A stretch of DNA of 64,000 bases from a virus. Under the pieces are notes generated by a model. It was given only the letters and a program-made list of their open reading frames with translations. It ran no database searches and was not told the origin of the DNA. Shown one piece after another: positions 1 through 9,282 of the stretch. The translations under genes and the position numbers were made by a program. The number at the start of each line of letters is the position of its first letter. Position 1 is the first letter of the stretch. Where the stretch lies: IMG/VR virus record IMGVR_UViG_3300037088_000232, one strand, 5' to 3'.

Positions 1-20
1 AATATGAAAAATGCTCTATT

Positions 21-365
21 TTGAATGAATTCATAAAGATTAAAGAATTCGATAGTGAGGAGGAATCATATATTGATGAATATACATGGATCAATGAACA
101 GAGAAATATATGTAATAGACAATTAAAAGATCTTAATGAATTAAAAAATTCAGAGGTTTTCGAAGATAAAAAGAATCTTATATTGAAAATTGAAAAAATA
201 TTGAATGATCTTCAAAAGTACGAAAAAGATTTTTGGGATAATATTCATTCTATTCAAGAAGATATAAAAGAGATGATAAAAATAAAAAATGAATTGAAAG
301 AAATAGATAATCTTATCATATTGAAACAAAAAGAAATTGACGAAATAGAAAAATCTGAAAAATGA
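21..365 (+). CDS. hypothetical K/E-rich coiled-coil-like protein
   Basis: 114-aa ORF; stop overlaps ATG (ATGA) of an unlisted 50-aa ORF at 362-514. Confidence 0.4.
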   Translation: MNEFIKIKEFDSEEESYIDEYTWINEQRNICNRQLKDLNELKNSEVFEDKKNLILKIEKILNDLQKYEKDFWDNIHSIQEDIKEMIKIKNELKEIDNLIILKQKEIDEIEKSEK

Positions 366-512
366 ACCAGAAAGAAGAAATGGATACATTCGAACTTCTT
401 TTACCTGAAATGACAAGGGAAGAACTCGAAGAACGATTAAGAGAATATTATAAGTTGAATCTCGAATTGAGAGAAAGACTTATTGAACTTGAACCAGTAA
501 TACTTCATAAAA

Positions 513-920
513 ATGGATAAAGAATTAGATATAGCGAATTATATTATATTGCTTATAAAAGAAAATAAGTTTTTGTTAAACGAGCAAGATCTGATTTATT
601 CATATAAAATATTCATAGAAACTGAAGAATATGAGAAATGTGGAGTATTGAATGACCTTATAAATTCCAAAAAAATCAATAATGATTTTCCATCTTTTTT
701 TAATACATATTCAACAATTCAAACACAAAAGAATAATATTAAAATAATATTAAAAAAGTTGAATGATTTACCCAAGGATGAAAAGATTAATAATATGATA
801 TTAGAAGCCGAATATGACTTGAAAGAATATGATGATCTTGAAAATGATTTCTGGGTACAAATGAAACTTTTTCCAAAATTATTAAAACAAAAGGTTAAAG
901 ATTTGGATATAAAAGTCTAA
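513..920 (+). CDS. hypothetical protein
   Basis: 135-aa ORF in same frame as the polB fragment but separated by two stops; no polymerase-like motifs. Confidence 0.4.
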   Translation: MDKELDIANYIILLIKENKFLLNEQDLIYSYKIFIETEEYEKCGVLNDLINSKKINNDFPSFFNTYSTIQTQKNNIKIILKKLNDLPKDEKINNMILEAEYDLKEYDDLENDFWVQMKLFPKLLKQKVKDLDIKV

Positions 921-959
921 GTTTTAATTAATAAATTCCAAAAAATAATAACCGAATGA

Positions 960-2393
960 TCTCATGTAGATAGTAGTAAACAAGTAAAATTAAGATATTA
1001 TAAGTGGCCCAATGCCACCAAATATATTACCTGTGATGACGATGACCATCAAAGAGATGGAAAGTATGTTACATGGGATGGGCGATCAGTTAAATCAGTT
1101 CCCACCAAAAATCCAAATCGTTATTCCGTCTATGATTACATAGATGAATTACCTCAGGAAGAACAGGATATTATTTTTCAATATAATGAACCTGATATAT
1201 TTTTCATCGATATTGAAAATGAAATTATAGACAAAAAACCAGCTCCTCATTTAGCTGAAAGTGCCATACAATCCATTTCCATTGTCAATAAAGATAAAGT
1301 TCTGGTAATGGGGACTCAGGAATTATCTGAAGTTATTTCCAAATCCATTGAAGAAGATATAAATAATTATTTCGCCAAATTCGGAACTATTTATCAGTTC
1401 AAATATATTCATTTCAAAAGTGAATATGAAATGTTATTGAATTTCTTTGTGAAATTTGTTCCGAGAATGCCAGTTTTAACTGGTTGGAATTTTACCGAAT
1501 ATGACTGGGTTTTTCTTGTTAATAGAGCTCGTAAACTTGGAATAGATCCGAGTGTAGCTTCAGTAACAAAATTACTGAGAGAACCTTGGGATATGGAAAA
1601 AAAGACATATTGTGAATTACCAGCTCATCGAATGGTTGTTGACTATATGGAACTATTCAAAAAATGGGATACATCCATTAGAGTTAAGGAATCAATTAGT
1701 CTGGACTTCGTATCTGATAATGTTCTTGGAGTTAAGAAAGTTAATTATGAAGGAAGTCTTAAAACCTTATATAATACAGATTATAAGAAATTCGTTTATT
1801 ATAACGCGGTTGACTCCGTACTTGTTCAAAAGATTCATGAAAAGACAAAATTGATCAATATTTTATATGGTATTTCAACTCTTTCGAGAGTAAAAATTGG
1901 GGATTCATACAGTACCTTACCTGTAACAGAGGGAATTTTAAGAAGAAAACTGAAAAAAGAGAAGAATGTTGTTCTTTGTAGATTAGACCGTTCTGAAAAT
2001 GTAGTGGATGTTGAAGGTGTTTTGGGTGGTTATGTTAAAGAACCAGTTAAAGGTATGAGCCATTGGACACCCTGTTATGACTTTAAGAGTTTGTATCCAA
2101 CCTGTATGATAATGTTCAATATCTCTGTCGATAGTTATAAAGGTATCATTTCGAGTGATAAGAAATATGCCATATTCAATAATAAGAAAATTGAAATTGA
2201 ACCAACCGACATTGTTCTATTAAATGGGGCTGTATTCCGTAATGAAATTGGAGTAGTAAATCAGGTTATGAGCCTTATCTATGACGATAGACAGAAATAT
2301 AAAAAATTCATGTTAAAAGATGGGGCTGTTCTGGATGAATTAAAAAGTGAGGAATCTAAATTGATTGCTGAATTGGTTGGGGAATTTGAGTGA
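960..2393 (+). CDS. family-B DNA polymerase (T4 gp43-like) internal fragment: 3'-5' exonuclease domain through motif A; no initiator codon, no motif B/C
   Basis: Exo I FIDIENE (1203-1220), Exo II LTGWNFTEYDWVFLVNRARKLG, Exo III YYNAVDSVLVQKI, motif A DFKSLYPTCMIMFNISV, pre-motif-B DDRQKYKK then stop; frame open from 960 but first ATG is 1308, after exo I. Confidence 0.85.
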   Translation, partial: SHVDSSKQVKLRYYKWPNATKYITCDDDDHQRDGKYVTWDGRSVKSVPTKNPNRYSVYDYIDELPQEEQDIIFQYNEPDIFFIDIENEIIDKKPAPHLAESAIQSISIVNKDKVLVMGTQELSEVISKSIEEDINNYFAKFGTIYQFKYIHFKSEYEMLLNFFVKFVPRMPVLTGWNFTEYDWVFLVNRARKLGIDPSVASVTKLLREPWDMEKKTYCELPAHRMVVDYMELFKKWDTSIRVKESISLDFVSDNVLGVKKVNYEGSLKTLYNTDYKKFVYYNAVDSVLVQKIHEKTKLINILYGISTLSRVKIGDSYSTLPVTEGILRRKLKKEKNVVLCRLDRSENVVDVEGVLGGYVKEPVKGMSHWTPCYDFKSLYPTCMIMFNISVDSYKGIISSDKKYAIFNNKKIEIEPTDIVLLNGAVFRNEIGVVNQVMSLIYDDRQKYKKFMLKDGAVLDELKSEESKLIAELVGEFE

Positions 2394-2617
2394 CCAGTTT
2401 ATAGTCTTTCAACATATTATCGAAAGAATGTATTATACCAGTAGTCATACTTATCACCAGCTTAGATTGTTTTTCTCTTAACCACACAAAAATATTGAAT
2501 GTTTGTTTTACTTCAACGGTACAACAAGCATTCATAACCTTTTCTACAAAATCATCAGATGGACAACATTCTGGTGTTTTTTGAAAAAGGTTTTTTAAAA
2601 AATCATCATTTAGATCT

Positions 2618-2893
2618 TTATTTTTCATCATCAAAGGTTGCTTCTTTTGGGGTTGTTGGTCTTAAAGAATATATATTAATCGAATCAAGAGAATCCTCAT
2701 CAAAGGTGGCTTCCAATGGTACTATTGGCTTCAATATATCAATGTTGATTTCTTTTGTTATAGTAGTGGTAATAATTACTTCTGATTTTGTTGATTTGTC
2801 TCCATCAGCTAATGTTATACTTCCAATAAACATTAACATCAAAAATACTATAATTTTTTTCATAATCTCTTTTTTGTTTTGTCCATTTGACAT
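2618..2893 (-). CDS. small secreted protein (N-terminal signal peptide)
   Basis: MKKIIVFLMLMFIGSITLADG hydrophobic leader; 91 aa. Confidence 0.45.
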   Translation of the reverse strand: MSNGQNKKEIMKKIIVFLMLMFIGSITLADGDKSTKSEVIITTTITKEINIDILKPIVPLEATFDEDSLDSINIYSLRPTTPKEATFDDEK

Positions 2894-2948
2894 CAGATAT
2901 TCAAAAAGGTTACAAAAATTTTTAATATATAAAGAAAAAATCTTTCTT

Positions 2949-4268
2949 ATGTTGTATTCATTCTCAGAATTTTTGAATGAAAGATATGGTCAATTCAATG
3001 ATTCGATAAAATTTACTGATTGGTCAGAATTTAAGGAAAAGTTAAAAAATTCCATAAAAACTGGTTTTAATACTGAAGAAGAACTCGTTAATTTGATGGG
3101 AATGGACTTTAATAAATATACTCAAATCAGAGAGAATATGATTCTTAATTGGAAGGATTCAGTTAGTAAATCTTTATTACATACTGTCGCTCAGATAGGA
3201 CAAAAAATTCCAAAGGAGGGAGCTAGCATTTTTAAAGATCTCAGACAACAAACAGCTATGTTAATTGTTGCCTCTGGTGGATTAGAAAGTAGAAATGTGT
3301 TTGGTGATGTGAATTCTACAAATGGACTTAGATTTTTAAATAGATTTACGGATCTTGAAAAAATTAAAAATACAAACCCTAAAAGTACTAAATATGATTT
3401 TGATCTCCACAAGGATGTCGTGAAAAGATGGGTTGATTTTGATGGTATTCCAGCCTATACGATAACAAATAATTTATCAATTAAGAAAGTTAATAACATA
3501 GTTCAATATGTTTGGTTATATTCCTTCTATCACCATTATAAAATAAAAAAAGATAAACCGAAACTTCCAAAGAATTTATATAGGGGAATAAGGGTATTCC
3601 AAGGATTAAAAGGTAAAGAAATTGAACAATTAAGAAAAGTATCACAAGAACAAGCTAAAGGGATTGATGATAAACATACTACTTGGGTCAAAACTTTCAT
3701 TGATAATTTGATTCAATTTATCGTTGAGAAAGGAATGTCAAAAATATCGGATGGAAAATTCTTATCTTTTACCGAATCAAGGGATATAGCTGCTTATTTC
3801 GCAAATAAAGAGGGTATTATTTTGAGAGTTGATCCGACTAAGGTAAAAATAGTCACTTCACCAAAGACAGAAGAATTTTTTGGAGAAGTAGATTATGTTT
3901 CTGGTAAAAAAGAAAAAGAATATATCATAGAAATTCCAGTAAATTACAAATTTACCATAGATGATATAGAAATTGTGGATGGCGATTATTGGATCGGAGC
4001 AAATAGTCCATTATCGGTTCAATTCTTCGATCATGATGATAAAAAGGCCAACTATGAATTAGATGGAATAAGAATAGAATCTCAGTATGTTTGGAGAAGT
4101 AATACAAGTGGTGGAATCGTATTTAATAATTTAGATTCGAAAGGATATGAAAGTTGGGGAATATCGAGGCGTGAATTTAAGAAGAAATTCAATGTAGATC
4201 CTATGCCAACCGAAGAAAATTTAAATAGAATAAAAGATTTTAAGATATCTAATACTAAAAGATGGTAA
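2949..4268 (+). CDS. CTS-tagged ADP-ribosyltransferase, R-S-E type (T4 Alt-like)
   Basis: Start chosen at internal ATG giving N-terminus MLYSFSEFLNE (T4 CTS-like). Upstream part of listed ORF 2559-4268 is antisense of two minus-strand ORFs. Motifs LYRGIRV (Arg), FLSFTES (S-x-S), EKEYIIEIP (E-x-E + hydrophobics) with Alt-like spacing. Confidence 0.55.
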   Translation: MLYSFSEFLNERYGQFNDSIKFTDWSEFKEKLKNSIKTGFNTEEELVNLMGMDFNKYTQIRENMILNWKDSVSKSLLHTVAQIGQKIPKEGASIFKDLRQQTAMLIVASGGLESRNVFGDVNSTNGLRFLNRFTDLEKIKNTNPKSTKYDFDLHKDVVKRWVDFDGIPAYTITNNLSIKKVNNIVQYVWLYSFYHHYKIKKDKPKLPKNLYRGIRVFQGLKGKEIEQLRKVSQEQAKGIDDKHTTWVKTFIDNLIQFIVEKGMSKISDGKFLSFTESRDIAAYFANKEGIILRVDPTKVKIVTSPKTEEFFGEVDYVSGKKEKEYIIEIPVNYKFTIDDIEIVDGDYWIGANSPLSVQFFDHDDKKANYELDGIRIESQYVWRSNTSGGIVFNNLDSKGYESWGISRREFKKKFNVDPMPTEENLNRIKDFKISNTKRW

Positions 4269-4618
4269 ATTCTATGAAATATCTAAAAATGTTTGAAGAA
4301 TATAAAAATTTAAATCCTAATTTTTATAAATGGTTTGATGAAAGTAAAGTCGTAGATGAAAATAATCATCCATTAATTGCTTATCACGGAACAGGTGAAT
4401 ATTATAAATCAACTATTGATAAAATATTTGATTGTAGTAAAGGGTGTTGGTTTACTGAATCATTAAAGGTTGCTAAAGTTTTTACACACAATAAATTAAA
4501 TCCGAAAATTTTAAAAGTTTATTTGAAAATAGAAAATCCAAAGATTTATGAAACTTGGTTTGATTATATGAATGATGTTAAGGAATGGAAGAGTGAGATA
4601 ATTAATATAAAGAATTAG
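4262..4618 (+). CDS. small ART-fold-like protein (H-G-T / WFTES motifs), possibly truncated
   Basis: IAYHGTGEYY ... CWFTESLKVA; 118 aa; stop/start overlap with upstream gene. Confidence 0.35.
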   Translation: MVNSMKYLKMFEEYKNLNPNFYKWFDESKVVDENNHPLIAYHGTGEYYKSTIDKIFDCSKGCWFTESLKVAKVFTHNKLNPKILKVYLKIENPKIYETWFDYMNDVKEWKSEIINIKN

Positions 4619-4703
4619 AAAAGATTTTATTATGTTTTACCCGAATTATATTAAGAATATTAAAAATGATGGAAGTTGGGATATAGATGATTCTAATATT
4701 TAT

Positions 4704-5438
4704 TCATAACAAATGATAATAATCCATATTATAAAATTCTTCATCATTTTCAATTCCTATGAAATTTCTTCCTGTATTCTTAGCTGCTATACAGGTTGTT
4801 CCAATACCACAAGTGTTATCCAGTACTAATTCTCCGGGATTCGTAAAGGTCAATATTAACCATTCACACAATTTTACTGGTTTTTGGGTTCTATGTACAG
4901 GTGGCCAAGGTTTTTCGAAGTTTAAAACACTTTTCGGATATTTTTGTGTAGTTCCTTTTCTTATATCTGGAATTTTCGAATCAAAATAACCATAATTTTG
5001 ATTTTTTCCTTCTTTGAAAGAAAAAGCGTTACCTTTTGAATGCTGAGGTGTCCCCTCTGTAAATTGTGGATGGTAAGTTGGTTGTTTTTTATAGAAAATC
5101 AAAATTTGCTCATGGTTTCTAAGTATTTGTTTTTTTGCATTTAAAAATCCAGTGACCCTTTCTCCTTTTTTCCATATCAAATCATAACGATACATTTTCT
5201 CATTAGATAAAGCAAGTTTGTGAGCGAACATTCCCTGAGCGAATAAAGCAATACATCCATTCGGTTTTATAATTCGATTGTAGTTCTTCCAGAGTAATTC
5301 AAATGGGATCATAATATCTTTCTTGTTTCTTGTGACTCCGTATGGTAAATCAGCAAGAATCATATCAACAATATGAGTATCAATATCAGGCATTAGATGT
5401 AAACAATTATCGAAATATATTTTATTTATATCAATCAT
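4704..5438 (-). CDS. DNA N6-adenine/N4-cytosine methyltransferase, beta class
   Basis: Motif IV DLPYG precedes motif I DNTCGIGTT (FxGxG) near C-terminus; 244 aa. Confidence 0.8.
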   Translation of the reverse strand: MIDINKIYFDNCLHLMPDIDTHIVDMILADLPYGVTRNKKDIMIPFELLWKNYNRIIKPNGCIALFAQGMFAHKLALSNEKMYRYDLIWKKGERVTGFLNAKKQILRNHEQILIFYKKQPTYHPQFTEGTPQHSKGNAFSFKEGKNQNYGYFDSKIPDIRKGTTQKYPKSVLNFEKPWPPVHRTQKPVKLCEWLILTFTNPGELVLDNTCGIGTTCIAAKNTGRNFIGIENDEEFYNMDYYHLL

Positions 5439-5829
5439 TTAACAACGATTTTAATTTTTGAGATCTAATGAAATTTTGTATTTTTTCTGATATTTCATGA
5501 CCCGAATAACAATGAGATACGAATCCATCTGGTCTATTCATAAAGTCAGTTGTAATTATATAACAAGAATTATACATTTCAGTACCAGCTGCACTTTTTG
5601 TTCCAATTCCGATTATTGTTTCCCCGAATTTTGGTTTTCTATAATTAAATTTCCATGAATCCCAATTCATTTCTTCACAATATTTTTTATTTTCTTGAGA
5701 TAAAAATTCCAAAATTCCATCAATATCTTTTTCATTGGTTTCAAATAAATTACACCAAATATGATTTTTAATATCTGGTTCAACCGATTTCCCAATCAAA
5801 AATTTATCTAAAAAATTCATATCAATCAT
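5431..5829 (-). CDS. member of tandem paralog family (C-terminal KL..IL.D motif)
   Basis: N-term MIDMNFLDKFLIGKSVE, C-term SQKLKSLLND; overlaps neighbours by 8 nt. Confidence 0.5.
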   Translation of the reverse strand: MIDMNFLDKFLIGKSVEPDIKNHIWCNLFETNEKDIDGILEFLSQENKKYCEEMNWDSWKFNYRKPKFGETIIGIGTKSAAGTEMYNSCYIITTDFMNRPDGFVSHCYSGHEISEKIQNFIRSQKLKSLLND

Positions 5830-6193
5830 TTAATATTTTTTCTAATTTTTTGTATCTAATATGATTTTGTAGTTTTGCAACTAAATCAATTCCACGAAAA
5901 ACACGAGTTGCTAATCCACTAACATTAATATTTTCCAGATTAAACTCAGTTGTAAATAATTCACAAGAATGTTCGTGCCATAGTCTAATTCCTAAAATCG
6001 TTTCTCCGAATAGTGGTTTATAAGGTGGTGGGATATAGTCAAAATCCATTTCACGAGAATATCTTTGATTCTCTTCATTTAAAAATTCTAAGGTTTCATC
6101 ATCAATCTCAATAATATCATTTCTAATATTATTAACATCCTGAATCATAGATTCAGATTTTCCGATCAAAAATTTATCCAGGAAATCCATCAT
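5822..6193 (-). CDS. member of tandem paralog family
   Basis: N-term MMDFLDKFLIGKSE, C-term RYKKLEKILND; paralog of 5431-5829. Confidence 0.5.
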   Translation of the reverse strand: MMDFLDKFLIGKSESMIQDVNNIRNDIIEIDDETLEFLNEENQRYSREMDFDYIPPPYKPLFGETILGIRLWHEHSCELFTTEFNLENINVSGLATRVFRGIDLVAKLQNHIRYKKLEKILND

Positions 6194-6509
6194 TCAAAAT
6201 ATCATTGAGTTTTTCAGATCTTATGTAATTTATTAATCTGGCTTCTAATATATCTGTGTCATTTCCAAAAAACACTTTAAATGTATTATTTTGTCTTGAA
6301 TTATATAAATCCACGAATTCTGATAAATAATTATAATTATATTCGGATTTTCCAGTTATAATAGTTATTTTATTCTTGGATATTCCTTTCTTAAATAAAT
6401 TATCTAAAAAACTTAAACCTGTCTCAATAGATTCGGATTTTCTTTTATCCAATTCAAAATCATGATATTCTTTCCAGAAATTATCCCAATTAAATTCATT
6501 TTCATTCAT
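6174..6509 (-). CDS. member of tandem paralog family
   Basis: N-term NEFNWDNFW, C-term RSEKLNDILNDGFPG. Confidence 0.5.
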   Translation of the reverse strand: MNENEFNWDNFWKEYHDFELDKRKSESIETGLSFLDNLFKKGISKNKITIITGKSEYNYNYLSEFVDLYNSRQNNTFKVFFGNDTDILEARLINYIRSEKLNDILNDGFPG

Positions 6510-6777
6510 CTAAAATAGTTTTAAGTGTATTTGATCTGTCTTTGTTTTTTGTTATTGCTTCTGACATAACAAAATAATCATCTAAATCCCAATCAAATAT
6601 TGTAAAATTATTTTTTATTAAATTTGAACTTAAAAGATCAGGACGATTTTTTCCTTTTATACAATCATCCCATAAGTCCCAATTTAGATTATACATATTC
6701 TTATAATATTCTTTATTTATTCGTCTTAGTCTATGTATACTATTTATCAAATTGGGTTTTTTTATCATCCTTTTCAT
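6502..6777 (-). CDS. member of tandem paralog family
   Basis: NWDLWDD motif, C-term DRSNTLKTILDE. Confidence 0.45.
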   Translation of the reverse strand: MKRMIKKPNLINSIHRLRRINKEYYKNMYNLNWDLWDDCIKGKNRPDLLSSNLIKNNFTIFDWDLDDYFVMSEAITKNKDRSNTLKTILDE

Positions 6778-6937
6778 CTAAAATGATTTGAAGTTTATCT
6801 GACCTATCTTCATTGATAATTCTTGATACTATTGAATCAGTAAAAGTATTAATGTCATTTTTTTCTATTAACTGAGGATTGTGATAAGCATCGTTAAGTT
6901 CTTTTTCGATCTCTGTCCAAAATTCTTTTGAAATCAT
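6740..6937 (-). CDS. member of tandem paralog family (short)
   Basis: C-term DRSDKLQIILDE; 65 aa. Confidence 0.4.
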   Translation of the reverse strand: MISKEFWTEIEKELNDAYHNPQLIEKNDINTFTDSIVSRIINEDRSDKLQIILDEKDDKKTQFDK

Positions 6938-7518
6938 CTGACTCTTTCTAACTTATCTTTATCAAATATTGCTTTTCTTCCAAAAACAGCCAATCCGAGT
7001 TGATATGTTTCAAGTCCATCATCAATGTCATGCCATCTGTTCATAAATTCAGATTTTGGTATATATCCGACATTAAATAAAGACGGATCACTAATTAATA
7101 AAAGTTTATCTGTGTATCCAATTACAGCCACAAAATGTCCATCTCCCCAAGTTTCTTTATATTTTCTTTTGAATTTAAAATCAGTTCCCCAAGCTTGTAT
7201 CAAAACAATTACTGGAATGTTCTTATCCACATATTTAATCAGATCATCAATTGTCATATCTTGTTGTAATTCAGTCTTTAGATCATGATAATGAAAAAAT
7301 TTCACTATGTTTTTTACAAGTGTTCCTTCTTCTTCGTTAGTTTTCAAAATTTCAACTAAATCAGATTCACGAAAATTTTCACCATAAAATTCCATTGTTC
7401 TTTCTACTATATCACAACCACAAGTATATGAATAGGCTTGTCTTGTTATTGGAAAATCAATAATTTTGATATTTTCATCATCTTCGAAATCCAATTCATC
7501 AATGTATAAATTTGTCAT
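6934..7518 (-). CDS. papain-like cysteine peptidase, C39-like
   Basis: Cys motif YSYTCGCDIVERTMEFYG, His motif GHFVAVIGY, then ISDPS; 194 aa. Confidence 0.55.
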   Translation of the reverse strand: MTNLYIDELDFEDDENIKIIDFPITRQAYSYTCGCDIVERTMEFYGENFRESDLVEILKTNEEEGTLVKNIVKFFHYHDLKTELQQDMTIDDLIKYVDKNIPVIVLIQAWGTDFKFKRKYKETWGDGHFVAVIGYTDKLLLISDPSLFNVGYIPKSEFMNRWHDIDDGLETYQLGLAVFGRKAIFDKDKLERVR

Positions 7519-7525
7519 AATGTGA

Positions 7526-8410
7526 TTATATATTAAATATTTTCTTGAATGGTTTTAAATTTCCATCTGGATTGTGTTCTTTATATGAGTTATGATCATC
7601 ATAGATAGCGAATACTATCTTATGAAAAACCCCTTTATATTCAGTATCTAATAATTCTTTAAAGATTGAAGCTATCTGTTCGGGTGGATTTCCATAAGCA
7701 CCACAACCAAAAGCGGAAAGAACTAAATCTCTATGTCCATTCTCATGAGCGAATTGAAAAATCCTTCTTATTTTTTGTTTGGTTTTGGAGAAGTCATTTT
7801 CATTCATTCTTCTATTCTTCAATTCTGGTCTTTTTATTGCAGGTACAGATATAAAAGCACATTTGAATGGATGGGAGAGTAAATAATATCCATTTTTTTC
7901 AGAACCACGAAAAACGGTTATATCTTTTGAATAGATTGCACCATAATCACCCAATGGATATTTGTATTTAGAATTTTGTTCTATTCCATACTGATGAGCA
8001 TAATCAACATATTGATAAAGAGATTTAAATAAATTGGTTCTTCTGAATAAATTTTCTTCCTGTGCCGATGAACCATTTATTACACCACCACCGGGATTCT
8101 TATAACTGGCCATATTTAAAACTATCGGATTTTCCATCGTTCTTGCTACATCCAAACAATCAGCATCCATGACCAATATTTCAGTTTTAAAGTCATTTAT
8201 CCCCGTTGGGTCATAAATTGGGCCATTTTCAGTAAATAAAGAGTTCTGGCACACTTTCGAGTTGTCAATGATAACTTCTCCATCCGAGAAGTATTTTCCA
8301 TTCTTAACGATTTTAATCGTGTTTTCCCAAACATCAATCAAAAGTTCTTTTCTTCTGTTAAGATTTGAAGTTTTATAGGTTTGTGCCCATTTTATTGCAT
8401 CCCATTCCAT
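7526..8410 (-). CDS. bacterial-type poly(ADP-ribose) glycohydrolase (macrodomain, DUF2263/TIGR02452 family)
   Basis: PARG signature NPGGGVINGSSAQEENLFRR (GGG-x6-8-QEE) and LVLSAFGCGAYGNPPEQIA. Confidence 0.75.
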   Translation of the reverse strand: MEWDAIKWAQTYKTSNLNRRKELLIDVWENTIKIVKNGKYFSDGEVIIDNSKVCQNSLFTENGPIYDPTGINDFKTEILVMDADCLDVARTMENPIVLNMASYKNPGGGVINGSSAQEENLFRRTNLFKSLYQYVDYAHQYGIEQNSKYKYPLGDYGAIYSKDITVFRGSEKNGYYLLSHPFKCAFISVPAIKRPELKNRRMNENDFSKTKQKIRRIFQFAHENGHRDLVLSAFGCGAYGNPPEQIASIFKELLDTEYKGVFHKIVFAIYDDHNSYKEHNPDGNLKPFKKIFNI

Positions 8411-8428
8411 CCGTGTAGTATTTCTTTT

Positions 8429-8902
8429 TTAAATAATTATTTCATCTCTTATTAATATGGATATAGCGTCTTTCAGAGCTTTACCATCGAATCCTTTAGT
8501 CTGATCTATTTCCACCATATTGTCTATTTGTTCAACTAACATATCAATATGATGGTCATCTAAGATAACATAATTCGTAACATATTTTAGTTCATTTTCA
8601 CCATCGAATGAATTAAACTTATTTAACCATTCTTTAATTTCTAATCCTTTGGGAACTTTAATGGTTTCATCTTCTTTAATCGAAAAATTCGGAGTGATTC
8701 CAAGTATTTCACCTTTAACACCATTATCATATAAAATTTTTGTAACATCGTGTTTTCTTTTCCAATCTGAGGTTACAACTATTTTAGCCCCCGTTTTACG
8801 AATAAGTTCATTGAGATTGTCAATATTTCTCATATTGAATCCCTTGGCACTGGCTGGAATTAACACACCATCAAAATCCAAAAATATAATTTTGTATGTC
8901 AT
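8429..8902 (-). CDS. small HAD-superfamily phosphatase (resembles HAD domain of RNA-repair 'Swiss-army-knife' proteins)
   Basis: Motif I FLDFDGVL at N-terminus, 157 aa, VILDDHH motif III/IV-like. Confidence 0.6.
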   Translation of the reverse strand: MTYKIIFLDFDGVLIPASAKGFNMRNIDNLNELIRKTGAKIVVTSDWKRKHDVTKILYDNGVKGEILGITPNFSIKEDETIKVPKGLEIKEWLNKFNSFDGENELKYVTNYVILDDHHIDMLVEQIDNMVEIDQTKGFDGKALKDAISILIRDEIII

Positions 8903-8904
8903 TC

Positions 8905-9282
8905 TTAAAGAAAGGGAATATCATCATGAGAATTATCCTCAATCGATTCAATAGCCCTTATTCTTTTTTCTTCATCTTCAAGATTCTTTAAATCCTTTTC
9001 TAACCCAATAAGATCATGAACAGATCTTGACAGTGAACTAGCTTTTTTATGAAGTTCATAATCTTTTATGACTTGATCACTTGTACCATCTTTCCAACCC
9101 AATCCATACTTTATACCCCATTCCAAATCTTCTTTTCTCCAACCATTCACATCTTGAAGTGAAAGACTTGTAGATATTCCAATAGTAGTACCTACATCAA
9201 AAAGTGTAGATTCTTCTTTCAACATACTTAAATGATGTTGTAAAATCTCAATAAGTTCTTTAATTGTTATTTCTTTAGCCAT
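8905..9282 (-). CDS. hypothetical protein
   Basis: 125-aa ORF between HAD and ASCH genes with stop/start overlaps. Confidence 0.45.
   Translation of the reverse strand: MAKEITIKELIEILQHHLSMLKEESTLFDVGTTIGISTSLSLQDVNGWRKEDLEWGIKYGLGWKDGTSDQVIKDYELHKKASSLSRSVHDLIGLEKDLKNLEDEEKRIRAIESIEDNSHDDIPFL

Noticed and set aside
1612-1854. 80-aa + strand ORF in another frame
   Set aside because: Lies entirely inside the polB fragment in an alternative frame; polB motifs define the true frame.
2559-2948. N-terminal 130 aa of listed ORF 2559-4268 as real coding sequence or polymerase C-terminal half
   Set aside because: This part is antisense to minus-strand ORFs 2356-2634 and 2618-2893 and has hydrophobic junk-like composition with no polB motif B/C. 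The CTS-like MLYSFSEFLNE at the internal ATG 2949 marks the real start.
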